DNA from: a bacterium
GTDB taxonomy: Bacteria > Bacteroidota > Bacteroidia > Bacteroidales > F082
DNA: 64,000 nucleotides
NCBI GenBank assembly: GCA_036244975.1
Contig: BTTE01000002.1
Location: 19,576-83,575 of the forward strand
Direction of reading: 5' to 3'
Part shown: piece by piece, positions 17,902 through 27,456 of the stretch
How positions within the stretch are numbered: the first letter of the stretch is position 1
Layout: each line of letters begins with the position of its first letter
Made by a program: the position numbers and the translations under genes
The notes under the pieces: generated by a model
Database searches by the model: none
The model's input: the letters and a program-made list of their open reading frames with translations, nothing else
What the model was told of the DNA's origin: nothing

Positions 17902-19719
17902 ATGGCAGAACAACAGACCGCTCCCGGAACATTTTTCAAACAGCAGGTGTCGCATTATGAGCAGCAGCTCACGCAGACACAAAAAAGTATCCGACGGGTG
18001 GGCACTTTGCGCATTTCGGTGTTTCTGATTACTGTGCTGGGTATCTATCTCACTGCCGGACATTCATTGACGGCAGTGCTGACGGTAGCTGTTGCCGGAT
18101 TTTCATTGTTCGGTTTTTTTGTCTTCAGGCATATCAGGCTTTACAAACAGAAAAAACGGGTTGAAAGCCTGTTGCAAATCAATGAAAACGAACTGCGTTT
18201 GCTGAATCGTGACACCTCGCACCAACCTGATGGCCATGAGTTTTTGGATGCTGAACATCCGTTTGTTGCCGACCTCGATATTTTCGGGAAACGGTCGCTT
18301 TTTCAGCTGCTCGACCGCAGCGCCACCCACATCGGACGCAAGCATCTTGCGCTCACGTTATTGTATCCGCCGAAGCAAAAAGAACAGATAAAAGAACGGC
18401 AGGAAGCCATCGCCGAACTCTCCGGAATACCCCGCTGGCGGCAAGCTTTTCAGGCTTTGGGAAACACCGGGGGAAAAGACAAAAACGCCGCTGAAAATCT
18501 GCTTGACTGGGCAAAGAATACAGAAACAGTTTTCAACAAACCGATTTATAAAATATTGCTGATTATCACGCCATTGCTGGGGTTTACCCTTATGGCTCTT
18601 AATATCTTTGGTGTACTGTCCTTCGCCGGTTTTTTGACTTTTTTGCTGCTCCCATTGCTCGTGCTGGGGCCGAAATTGACACAAATAAACAACGTGTATG
18701 AACGTTTAAGCAAAAAGACTGCTTTGTTGGAGCAGTATGCTTCCCTCTTTGAAAAAACGGAAGAGAAAGCATTTGGTTCCAAAATTATGAAGGAGGCGGA
18801 GAAAACGCTTGTAGAAGGCGAGACCTCTGCTTTTAAAGCTGTCCGGCAGTTGTCGGGTATCTCCAAAGCTTTCGACTATAGGTTGAATATGTTTGCCGGA
18901 TTTTTTCTGAATATCTTTTTTCTGTGGGATATCCGCCAAAGTATGCGTTTGGAAAAATGGAAAAACAGTTACGGAAACAGGCTTTCGCAGTGGTTGGAAA
19001 CGCTGGCGCAGGTGGACGAACTCTGCTCATTTGCAGGGTTTGCTTTCCAGCATCCGGAAGCTGTGTTTCCCGAAATCGCCACTGAAGGTCTCCGGGTTCA
19101 GGGCAAAAACCTGAAACATCCGTTCATCGACCCGGCGGTATGTGTGGGGAATCCGGTAAATATAGACGACAGGGGCCGGTTTCATGTCATCACCGGTGCC
19201 AATATGGCCGGCAAGAGCACTTACCTGCGAACGGTTGGCATCAATCTGATTTTAGCTGAATGTGGTGCGCCTGTGTTGGCTGATTTTTTTGAATTTAGCC
19301 CGATACAGGTCTTTACAGGCATTAAAACCACCGATTCTTTACAGGATGGTGCTTCTTATTTCTTTGCCGAATTACAAAGGTTGAAAGAGATTATGGACCG
19401 GCTTAGGGCCGGAGAGAAGCTTTTTATTATTCTGGATGAAATTTTGCGGGGAACCAATTCAAAAGACAAACAAAAAGGATCGAAAGCTCTACTCCGGCAA
19501 TTTTTACACTACAACACTTCCGGGCTAATTGCCACCCACGACCTGGCGCTGGGTGATTTAGCCGGTGAATTTCCGGAGCAAATTGTGAACAAGCGTTTTG
19601 AAGTTGAAATTCACAACAACGAAATGGCGTTCGATTATACCCTGAAGGAAGGTATTTCACAGATCCTCAATGCTACTTTCTTACTGAAAAAAATGAAAAT
19701 TACAGAGGAAGAGGTCTAA
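17902..19719 (+). CDS. MutS-related protein with membrane-spanning N-terminal/middle regions and a MutS domain V ATPase
   Basis: Walker A GANMAGKSTYLR and Walker B LFIILDEILRGTN, typical of MutS domain V. Hydrophobic helices lie near the N-terminus and mid-protein. The ATG at 17902 (MAEQQT...) is preferred; the upstream part of the 17761 ORF is made of repeat words. Confidence 0.75.
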   Translation: MAEQQTAPGTFFKQQVSHYEQQLTQTQKSIRRVGTLRISVFLITVLGIYLTAGHSLTAVLTVAVAGFSLFGFFVFRHIRLYKQKKRVESLLQINENELRLLNRDTSHQPDGHEFLDAEHPFVADLDIFGKRSLFQLLDRSATHIGRKHLALTLLYPPKQKEQIKERQEAIAELSGIPRWRQAFQALGNTGGKDKNAAENLLDWAKNTETVFNKPIYKILLIITPLLGFTLMALNIFGVLSFAGFLTFLLLPLLVLGPKLTQINNVYERLSKKTALLEQYASLFEKTEEKAFGSKIMKEAEKTLVEGETSAFKAVRQLSGISKAFDYRLNMFAGFFLNIFFLWDIRQSMRLEKWKNSYGNRLSQWLETLAQVDELCSFAGFAFQHPEAVFPEIATEGLRVQGKNLKHPFIDPAVCVGNPVNIDDRGRFHVITGANMAGKSTYLRTVGINLILAECGAPVLADFFEFSPIQVFTGIKTTDSLQDGASYFFAELQRLKEIMDRLRAGEKLFIILDEILRGTNSKDKQKGSKALLRQFLHYNTSGLIATHDLALGDLAGEFPEQIVNKRFEVEIHNNEMAFDYTLKEGISQILNATFLLKKMKITEEEV

Positions 19720-20048
19720 CAGCCAGGGTTGGACATTAGCATTATTTCCGAAATTTTGAAAATTAAAGTAATACGATTTGGATAACTTCATTCCATCCCT
19801 AAAAGCACGCTAAACATTCACGCGCCGGTTGCGTAGGCTCTCCCAACACACAAGCCCAACCCGATGCTCATCGTAATGACGGGTTCAATTATAAATCCGT
19901 GGAAGGCGGGCAGGCTCCCCTTTAGGGGTTGGAGGTAGCGCAGGCAAAGCATAATGAACAAAACATTGAGCGGGGATGGAGACAGCCTTTCCATAATCTG
20001 GATTAATGATAAATTAGCTTAATATACGGTTCTTGTCGGCCAAAGTTA

Positions 20049-20056
20049 TAATTTTG
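20049..20056 (+). promoter_or_regulatory. -7 promoter box (TAATTTTG) upstream of the DUF5916 gene
   Basis: Exact TAnnTTTG, 24 nt upstream of the ATG at 20080. Confidence 0.45.
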
Positions 20057-20079
20057 TTTCCCTAAAACCTTATGGAAGC

Positions 20080-22245
20080 ATGTTTTCTCCGTTCAGGGCC
20101 ATCCTATCTTTCGGACTATTTTTCCTGCTTATCGCAGGAGAGGCTTCTGCCCAGCATTCCCAACCCGACACAATACATGCTTTACCAATTCATCAGCCCA
20201 TAACTTTGGATGGCAGGCTGAATGAGCCGGCATGGCAACAGGCGGGAAAAATCTCCAACTTTACCCAGCGCGAATTACATGAAGGGAAGCCGGCCACCGA
20301 ACGTACAGAAGTGGCTGTTTTATACGATGCAAAAAATCTTTATGTGGGGGTGTGGTGTTACGATAATCATCCGGATAAAATTATTGCCAGCCAGATGAAA
20401 CGTGATTTTGATTTCGGTACCGATGATAATTTTCAAATAATTATTGACACCTACGGCGACCGGCGCAACGGATATCTGTTTATCACCAATCCCAATGCTG
20501 CCCGTGCGGATATTTTGGTATCACAAAACGGGCAAAGTAACAACCGCGACTGGAACGGTGTGTGGAATGTGAAAACAACACGAACGGCGCAGGGCTGGTT
20601 TGCCGAATTTGAAATTCCGTTTTCTTCCCTGCGGTTTACAAAAGGCGGGACGCAAATTTGGGGAATCAATTTTGAACGAAACATCCGGCGCAAACGCGAA
20701 CAGGACGATTGGCAGGGCTGGTCGCGCAATTCCAGTATCCGGCAGGTTTCCAATGCTGGTTATCTCATTGGAATTCAAGGGAAAAGCAAGACCTCGCTAA
20801 TTGAGCTAAAACCTTATGGTATCACCGGTCTGGAAAAGAATAAAGGTGAAAAAACGCATCTTACCTGGAATGTCGGCGGAGATGTAAACTATCTGATCAC
20901 CCCGACCCTGAAAATGAACCTCACCATAAACACCGACTTTGCCCAGGTGGAATCGGATCGTATGCAGGTGAATCTTACCCGTTTTTCGCTTTATTATCCC
21001 GAAAAAAGGGAATTCTTCCTCGAAGGGAAAAACTATTTTAATTTCGGACTGGGTAGCAGCACCCAACCTTTTTATTCGAGACGTATCGGCCTGGCACCCG
21101 ACCATTCCATTGTTCCGATCATTGCCGGGGTACGGGTCATGGGGAAGACCGGCAACACTTCTGTGGGAGCCATGAGCATCGAAACAGCGGGAAAAGATAC
21201 ACTTCCGGCAACAAACTACTCGGTAGTCAGGGTAAAACAAGATGTTTTTAAAGAATCAAGTGTGGGAGTAATTGCTGTGAGCAAGCTGGAACCCGGGCAT
21301 CAGAATTTTGTGTACGGCGCTGATTTCACCTATTCTAATTCTCATTTTAAGGGAAATAAGAATATCTCTTTCGGAGGAGCGCTGGCACAAAGTTATACCT
21401 CCGGCAGGACACAAAAAACAGGCCTTGCCAGCCGGTTATTCTTCGATTATCCCAATGACTTTATTGAATTTTCCGCTATCTGGGATCGCTCGGGCGAAGG
21501 TTTTAACCCTGAAGTGGGGTTCCAACGCTGATCGGCTTATCAAATGTTTAATGCAGACTTCAGGATAAAACCACGGCCTAAAAAAATCCGCTGGATACAA
21601 CAGCTTATTTTTAAACTGTTTGATTTTAACTATTATGTTGATGATGTAACCCATAAAATGCAGTCGTTCTGGTCGGAGTTCAGACCGCTGGGTTTTATCA
21701 CCCGCAGCGGCGAGTATTTTGAATTTAATATTCAGAGAAAAGCGGAGAACCTTACCGAAGATTTCAATATTTACGATGACATCATTGTCCCAAAAGGAGA
21801 ATATTGGTTCACCGACTGGGAACTGCAATTTTCTACTTACGACGGCCGGAAAGTTTACGGCAATTTTTTTTCTAACTGGGGTGGTTTTTATAATGGAAGC
21901 CGGACAGTCCTGGCTGGTTCTATAAACTGGCAAATATCAAAACACCTGCGCTTTAGCACCGACTATCAGCAACAACATGTCTATTTGCCCGGTGGAAATT
22001 TTATTGTGCATGAGCTGGGCAGCCGGGTGGATTTTGCCGTCAATCCCGATTTGTTCGGCTCCATGTTTGCCCAATGGAACAACGAAGAACAGGAGATGCT
22101 CCTGAATTTCCGTGTTAACTGGATTCCCACGCCGGGGACAAATCTTTATTTTGTGGTAAACCAGGGATACGATACACAACAACATGTGTTTGATGCCAAA
22201 TATACGACCATCCAAGTCAAATTTGTCTGGCGGTTTGTAATGTAA
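20080..22245 (+). pseudogene. DUF5916 / CBM9-like domain protein interrupted by one in-frame TGA (21529-21531)
   Basis: ORFs 20080..21531 and 21544..22245 are in the same frame and are separated only by TGA plus 4 sense codons. The N-terminal part has a signal peptide and a CBM9-like region (LDGRLNEPAWQQA). Together they give about 720 aa, the usual size for this family. Confidence 0.6.
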
Positions 22246-22290
22246 CTAATGAACTGCGAGATACGAACGCGTTACAAACGCGCTCGAGGG

Positions 22291-24921
22291 CTAATAAAAA
22301 ATCACTTTCGTCTTCGGATGTTTTTCCTTGAACTTCGCCACTTTTTTCTCTCTCAACAAGGTGTGGTCGCAACGCAACAAGGTCAGCCGCGACAAGGGCA
22401 TAACATATTTCAGACTGCTAACCCGCGTGTTGTTGATGACCAGCTCGCGTAGATTACTCAGCCCGGCTAACGGTTTCAGGTTTTTAACCCGTGTCCCCGA
22501 AATGTTCAGCTTTTGCAGATAATGCATCCCCTGCAACGAATGCAAATCCTCCACCGAAGTATTTTGCAGGTTGAGACTTTCCAATTGCTTCATAGAAACC
22601 AGACCTGTAATATCCCATAGCGGACTATTGGTAACACTCAGGTGTTTAAGCCGTTTCAGGCCGGTAATAGGCGTAATATCCATTATGCCCGTGTTGTCCA
22701 GTTTCAATGTCTCTAAGTGGGCAAAAATAGTTAACGGTTCCATGTTTTCAATGTCCAGATGGTTGCTTATACTGACTTTTTTCAGGTTTACCAGCCGCTG
22801 TAACTGTTCGGCCGTGGGCGGGTTGTCCAATTCCGCTTCCTGTGAAAACGCTTCCTGCCAGGGCTTTTCGAGGTTGTTCCACCACAATTTGAGCTGAGGG
22901 GTTTGGAACAGAACCAGACACTGCGGCAGATGTTTTTCCAGTGCAAACACGTTCTTTTGCTTTACCGGTGTGCTGTCGGCTAAAATTAGCGTCAGGTTAC
23001 TGTTTCCGATGAGCGGCAGCAGATCGCGAATAGCCGTATGCTCAATATTGATAGTTTTCAGGTTTTTAAGCTTTTGCAGTGGCGCCAGCGAACGTACCCG
23101 TGTGTTGCTGATATCAAGCCGGCGCAGCGTCCTGACAGTACTCAGTGGTCTCAGGTCGCTGATGGCAGCGCCCGAAACATTGAGTTCTTTCAACTGGATG
23201 AGCATGGTCAACGGTTTCAGACTGTGAACTTCCGTGTTGTCTTTCAGGTTCAGCTTTTTCAATAACAAAAGCTTATGAAGTTGTTCTTTGGTAACCGGTT
23301 TACGAAGGTTTGCCTGGGTAATAAAAATATTTTTCCATATTCCGGGTAGTGTTTCCCACCATTTTTCCAGTTTTTGGGAATTGTAGATAACCTGAGTTTG
23401 CGGGTTGATTTTGTTAAAAGCAGTGGCGGCTTTGTTGTTGATACCCGAATTGTCGCAATAAATATATTTTAGGGCAGGCAATTTGGCGAGGGGAAGCAGG
23501 TCCGAAACCCGTGTGCCGTTGATTTGCAAAATAGTCAGCGAGTCGAGTGTGCCAAGCGGATGCAGATCAGTGATAAGGGTGCTATCGAGATTGAGGCTTT
23601 GCAACGCGGTAAGTTTGGCGAGCGGAGAAAAATCTTTCACGGCGCTTTTGGCTAAGTTCAGGTTGGTCAGCCGTGTCAGCGAGGTCAGTGAATCAATACT
23701 TTGCAAAGGGGTAGCATTCAGTTCCAGCGTTCGTAAATTTTGCAGATTTTTCAGGTTGGGGAGGCTGTCCACACCGGTGTGTGCCAGATTCAGTGTTTCC
23801 AGGTTCTTCAGGTTTTCCACCACATCAACGTTTTTGAGTTCCGTGTAAGCGGCATCAATTTCGTGTAAAGCGGAGACATAGCGCAACGGTTCCAGTGTTT
23901 CCACGGGGCAACCGGTTATGTCCAGCGTTTGCAGTTTGCTGAGGCTTCGCAACGGCGTTAAATCATCGATAAGCGTGTGGGAACTGTTCAGCGACCGCAG
24001 ATTGTCCATTTCGCTCAGTGGAGCCAGATTATTAATTTCCAGATTCCCGGAGATGTCGATTTCGCGGGAATTTCGCAGATGCCGGATAACCTGCAACAGC
24101 AAACCGGGATTTTTTAATGTCATTGTATCCGGTATAATCTGCACGGAATCGTTGACAACGAGCAGGCTGTCCTCAACAGGTCTTAAACTGTCCGAATCCT
24201 GCTGTAAACTGTCGGCAACAGGAATAATTTTTTTGGTTTCCACGACGAGACTGCTGTCGTTGAAAAAGATAATCTTATTCAGCGGAAGGCTGTCATATAC
24301 GCGGATAGATTTACCGAAATAGTCTTTCCAGGCTGGTGAAAGATGGTTCCACCAATATTGTATTTCAATATCTTCGTTGGGTTTGTCGGTATAAATGCTG
24401 GCAATTTTCAGGCTGTTTTCTTCCGCATTCAGGTTAATTTCAATATACCGCAACCGGTTGTTTTCCACACTGTCGCCCGCAACGGTAATTCCTTTCAGGT
24501 TTCGGTTTAAAGTTACTTTAAAGTAGATTTGTCCGCCTGGCGTCAGCAAGGGTGCTATACTGTTGATATGAAAAGTAAACGTTACATTTTTGAAAAAAAA
24601 CACCACATCTTTCAGGTAGGCCTGCACATCCTTGTTGATAGGAACCGCACGGTGTGCATCGAGGTCGCCTTCTATTTGTACCTTGTCGTTTTCAAATATT
24701 TTCAGGTAGCTGTTGTCGATGATAATCTCCTTTTCGGCAGGCGGATTAGCAGGGTCGCCGAGGAAGTTCAGTGTGCCTTGCAAATATTCTATCATTTGCC
24801 TGCTTTGCGTTTTGTATGCGTCAATCTCCTGCGGGCTGAGTTTTACAATGCTTTCCTGAGCGGCAAGCGTGCCGGCTGAAAATAACAGCACCCAAAACAG
24901 TATGTTTATTTTGTTGAACAT
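22291..24921 (-). CDS. secreted leucine-rich repeat (LRR) protein with three LRR blocks
   Basis: 876 aa. Signal peptide ending LAA-QE. Dozens of ~22-aa LxxLxLxxTxIxDLxPL repeats fall into three blocks, each preceded by a WW..L...W...F module (QYWWNHLSPAWKDYF, LEKWWETLPGIWKNIF, LKLWWNNLEKPWQEAF). Confidence 0.85.
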   Translation of the reverse strand: MFNKINILFWVLLFSAGTLAAQESIVKLSPQEIDAYKTQSRQMIEYLQGTLNFLGDPANPPAEKEIIIDNSYLKIFENDKVQIEGDLDAHRAVPINKDVQAYLKDVVFFFKNVTFTFHINSIAPLLTPGGQIYFKVTLNRNLKGITVAGDSVENNRLRYIEINLNAEENSLKIASIYTDKPNEDIEIQYWWNHLSPAWKDYFGKSIRVYDSLPLNKIIFFNDSSLVVETKKIIPVADSLQQDSDSLRPVEDSLLVVNDSVQIIPDTMTLKNPGLLLQVIRHLRNSREIDISGNLEINNLAPLSEMDNLRSLNSSHTLIDDLTPLRSLSKLQTLDITGCPVETLEPLRYVSALHEIDAAYTELKNVDVVENLKNLETLNLAHTGVDSLPNLKNLQNLRTLELNATPLQSIDSLTSLTRLTNLNLAKSAVKDFSPLAKLTALQSLNLDSTLITDLHPLGTLDSLTILQINGTRVSDLLPLAKLPALKYIYCDNSGINNKAATAFNKINPQTQVIYNSQKLEKWWETLPGIWKNIFITQANLRKPVTKEQLHKLLLLKKLNLKDNTEVHSLKPLTMLIQLKELNVSGAAISDLRPLSTVRTLRRLDISNTRVRSLAPLQKLKNLKTINIEHTAIRDLLPLIGNSNLTLILADSTPVKQKNVFALEKHLPQCLVLFQTPQLKLWWNNLEKPWQEAFSQEAELDNPPTAEQLQRLVNLKKVSISNHLDIENMEPLTIFAHLETLKLDNTGIMDITPITGLKRLKHLSVTNSPLWDITGLVSMKQLESLNLQNTSVEDLHSLQGMHYLQKLNISGTRVKNLKPLAGLSNLRELVINNTRVSSLKYVMPLSRLTLLRCDHTLLREKKVAKFKEKHPKTKVIFY

Positions 24922-25760
24922 GAGCGGAAGAAATTAATGAGTTGGGCTTTTTCTTTTTTGGATACGTATTCCAAATTGGAGATGAGCCATCCCGAATTAC
25001 CGGTGTTACGGTTGAAATAGCTCAGCTCAAAATACCAGTGAGGGATCTGCAAAAAATGAAATTTCACGGAATTGATGTGTTCAAACTTCAGTTTTCCGGT
25101 TTTCATTAAATAAAAAAACAGGGTCAGATAATCCGGGTGATAGTTTGTAGAAGCGTAATATTCAATGTGTTTCGGATCGTCGAATGCCTTGTTCAGGTTC
25201 ATAAAATCCAGCTCGTGGCTTTGTGGATGCAGGAAATATTTCCTATGACCTGCTTCGTTTTCTACCGGGAAAAGGTTGTGCAATTCGGTATCGTAAACGT
25301 TACTGATGATCCATTTGGAGCCCAGTCCGGCCTTTTCGAGCGTCAGGAAAAGAATCAGGTTTACCGGCTGTCCATCATTATCGAAAGTGGCAGAGACCTC
25401 GGCATACCAGTTTTTGTCCAGGAAATTCAAAAAAACAGGATGTTCCTTGTTGGTTACATCCGCAATAAAATACTGCTGCAACTTTCCGGAAGTTCGTGGA
25501 TTTTGCATGTCGAACATATAAGGCAGCAACTTTTTGCGCAGGGCATTGTTATGATAACGCTTGTTGGTTTTTTCCAGCGGGTTGCCCGAAGGCCCTTCTT
25601 CCATATTGAAACGATGCACAAACTGATTCACCTGTTTGTTCATGGTGTAAAGATTGCGTTCGTCTCCCAACTGTCCGGAAGGGGCAAGCGTTTGGGCAGA
25701 GAGATTCAGCCCTCCCAAAATCAAAAAGATAACCGTAAAAATTTGAATTCTCAACTGCAT
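24906..25760 (-). CDS. hypothetical secreted protein
   Basis: The ATG at 25760 gives MQLRIQIFTVIFLILGGLNLSA-QT, a signal peptide. I recognise no family. The 3' end overlaps the LRR gene start by 16 nt. Confidence 0.6.
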   Translation of the reverse strand: MQLRIQIFTVIFLILGGLNLSAQTLAPSGQLGDERNLYTMNKQVNQFVHRFNMEEGPSGNPLEKTNKRYHNNALRKKLLPYMFDMQNPRTSGKLQQYFIADVTNKEHPVFLNFLDKNWYAEVSATFDNDGQPVNLILFLTLEKAGLGSKWIISNVYDTELHNLFPVENEAGHRKYFLHPQSHELDFMNLNKAFDDPKHIEYYASTNYHPDYLTLFFYLMKTGKLKFEHINSVKFHFLQIPHWYFELSYFNRNTGNSGWLISNLEYVSKKEKAQLINFFRSCSTK

Positions 25761-25870
25761 AATCCTTTTTAAACAATGACAAAAATAGCCTATTCTTAAA
25801 ATCAGTTTAACTTTAAACAACTTCAATAACGCATGCTTTTGAATAATCAAAGGTTCACATGAAACATTCT

Positions 25871-25897
25871 GAAAAAAACGGAGGAATGTCCTCCGTT
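25871..25897 (-). terminator. intrinsic terminator downstream of pgi
   Basis: Stem ACGGAGGA / TCCTCCGT with a 3-nt loop, A-run on one side and T-run on the other. Starts 5 nt after the pgi stop. Confidence 0.8.
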
Positions 25898-25901
25898 TTT
25901 T

Positions 25902-27245
25902 CTACAATTTTTCATAAATGGCTTCGGTCTCCTTTTCAAAACCGGGTTTTCCGAGCAAGGCAAACATATTGCGTTTGTATGCCTCTACGCCAGGTTGGTC
26001 AAAGGGATTGATACCCAAAAGATAACCGCTTACAGCACAGGCCATTTCATAAAAATAGATGACCTCACCAAGGGTATTTTCCGAAATCTCCGGAATGTTT
26101 ACTTTTAGGTTGGGGACACTGCCATCCACGTGTGCCAACGTTGTTCCCAGCTCGGCCATGTGGTTTACTTCGTTGATGCGTTTCCCGGCAATATAGTTCA
26201 GTTTGTCCAGGTTGGCTTCATCTTTCGGAATGCGTAATTCGTGGTGTGGCTGCTCCACGGAAAGCACTGTTTCGAACAGATTCCGCATCCCTTCCTGAAT
26301 GTATTGCCCCATGGAGTGCAGGTCGGTGGTATTACTCACGCCGGACGGGAAAATCCCTTTGTTTTCTTTTCCTTCGCTTTCGCCGTAGAGCTGCTTCCAC
26401 CATTCGGTAAAATAGAAAAGCCGGGGCTCGTAATTTACCATGATTTCGGTGGTTTTTCCTTTGGCATAAAGCGCATTACGCACCGCTGCGTAAGTGGCCA
26501 CGGGATTTTCATCGATTTTGGATGAAGTGGCGGAGAAGGCAGCCATATTTTGAGCGCCTTTCAGTAATTCGCGGATATCAAATCCGGCAATGGCTATGGG
26601 AAGCAGGCCTACAGGCGTCAATACCGAATAACGGCCACCCACATCGTCGGGGACAATAAAAGTTTCGTAACCTTCCTCATCAGCCAGTTGTTTCAGAGCG
26701 CCTTTTCCCTTGTCGGTGATAGCGATAATCCGCCGTTTGGTTGCCGCTTTGCCGTACTTTTTCTCCACGTGTTCGCGAAGCAGCCGGAAAGCCAGCGCAG
26801 GCTCCGTGGTAGTTCCCGATTTGGAAATAACCGTTATCGTATAATCTTTTTCATCCAGTACCTGCAGTAGATCAGCGAGATAATCTTCGCTGATGTTGTT
26901 GCCGGCAAAAAGCATAACGGGATTCCCTGCTTTCTTTTTCAACAGGTTAAAATGGGGCGAAAGCGCTTCGGTAACCGCACGGGCACCGAGATAAGAGCCA
27001 CCAATACCCACCACCACGCTGACGTCCGATTTTTCGCGAAAGCGGATGGCTGCCGCTTCAATTTTTCCAATGAGGGTTTCATCGATGGCTGAAGGCAGGT
27101 CGGTCCAGCCCAGGAAATCATTACCTCGTCCGGTACGCTCGCGGATGGCGAGAAAATGGTTGTCGATGGCTTCCTGGTATTTAAAAATATCCTGTTTGCC
27201 CACAAAATTCAGGGCGTTTTTGTAACTAAATTTCAGTTGTATCAT
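25902..27245 (-). CDS. pgi: glucose-6-phosphate isomerase
   Basis: 447 aa, bacterial short PGI. Motifs GIGGSYLG, ISKSGTTTEP and GGRYSV. Confidence 0.93.
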   Translation of the reverse strand: MIQLKFSYKNALNFVGKQDIFKYQEAIDNHFLAIRERTGRGNDFLGWTDLPSAIDETLIGKIEAAAIRFREKSDVSVVVGIGGSYLGARAVTEALSPHFNLLKKKAGNPVMLFAGNNISEDYLADLLQVLDEKDYTITVISKSGTTTEPALAFRLLREHVEKKYGKAATKRRIIAITDKGKGALKQLADEEGYETFIVPDDVGGRYSVLTPVGLLPIAIAGFDIRELLKGAQNMAAFSATSSKIDENPVATYAAVRNALYAKGKTTEIMVNYEPRLFYFTEWWKQLYGESEGKENKGIFPSGVSNTTDLHSMGQYIQEGMRNLFETVLSVEQPHHELRIPKDEANLDKLNYIAGKRINEVNHMAELGTTLAHVDGSVPNLKVNIPEISENTLGEVIYFYEMACAVSGYLLGINPFDQPGVEAYKRNMFALLGKPGFEKETEAIYEKL

Positions 27246-27262
27246 AATGTAATTTTAAAGGG

Positions 27263-27270
27263 CAAAAATA
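27263..27270 (-). promoter_or_regulatory. -7 promoter box (TATTTTTG) upstream of pgi
   Basis: Exact TAnnTTTG on the minus strand, 18 nt upstream of the ATG at 27245. Confidence 0.45.
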
Positions 27271-27410
27271 TCAAATTAGAGGATACCTCCACGCCCGGAA
27301 GAACAAATCCAAAAGAGGGATGGCACAAAAAACTTCAAATTTCAAACTTTGAAACATTCACTATTTTTATGCTAATCAAAATTTTATGTACAAGATGGCC
27401 CGAATTTTTC

Positions 27411-27418
27411 TAATTTTG
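27411..27418 (+). promoter_or_regulatory. -7 promoter box (TAATTTTG) upstream of ileS
   Basis: Exact TAnnTTTG, 39 nt upstream of the ATG at 27457. Confidence 0.45.
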
Positions 27419-27456
27419 CAGCCAATTTTTTGACGAATAAGAAAAATCTTATCCTC

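Noticed and set aside
17595-17932. 90-aa (+) and 94-aa (-) ORFs in the ABC / MutS-like divergent region, plus the 47-codon N-terminal extension of the 17761 ORF
   Set aside because: These reading frames run through the GAAGTTGC word array and repeat-like sequence. The MutS-like protein has a natural start (MAEQQT) at 17902.
19876-19905. GGGTTCAAT string resembling a tRNA T-arm
   Set aside because: The putative loop is too long and there is no matching acceptor, D or anticodon stem. No tRNA could be folded anywhere in the window by eye.
21529-21531. TGA read as selenocysteine, or as a reassigned sense codon
   Set aside because: There is no Cys/Sec-type catalytic context in this family, and I saw no obvious SECIS-like hairpin directly downstream. 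TGA clearly terminates other genes in the window. A nonsense mutation, sequencing error or low-level readthrough is more plausible.
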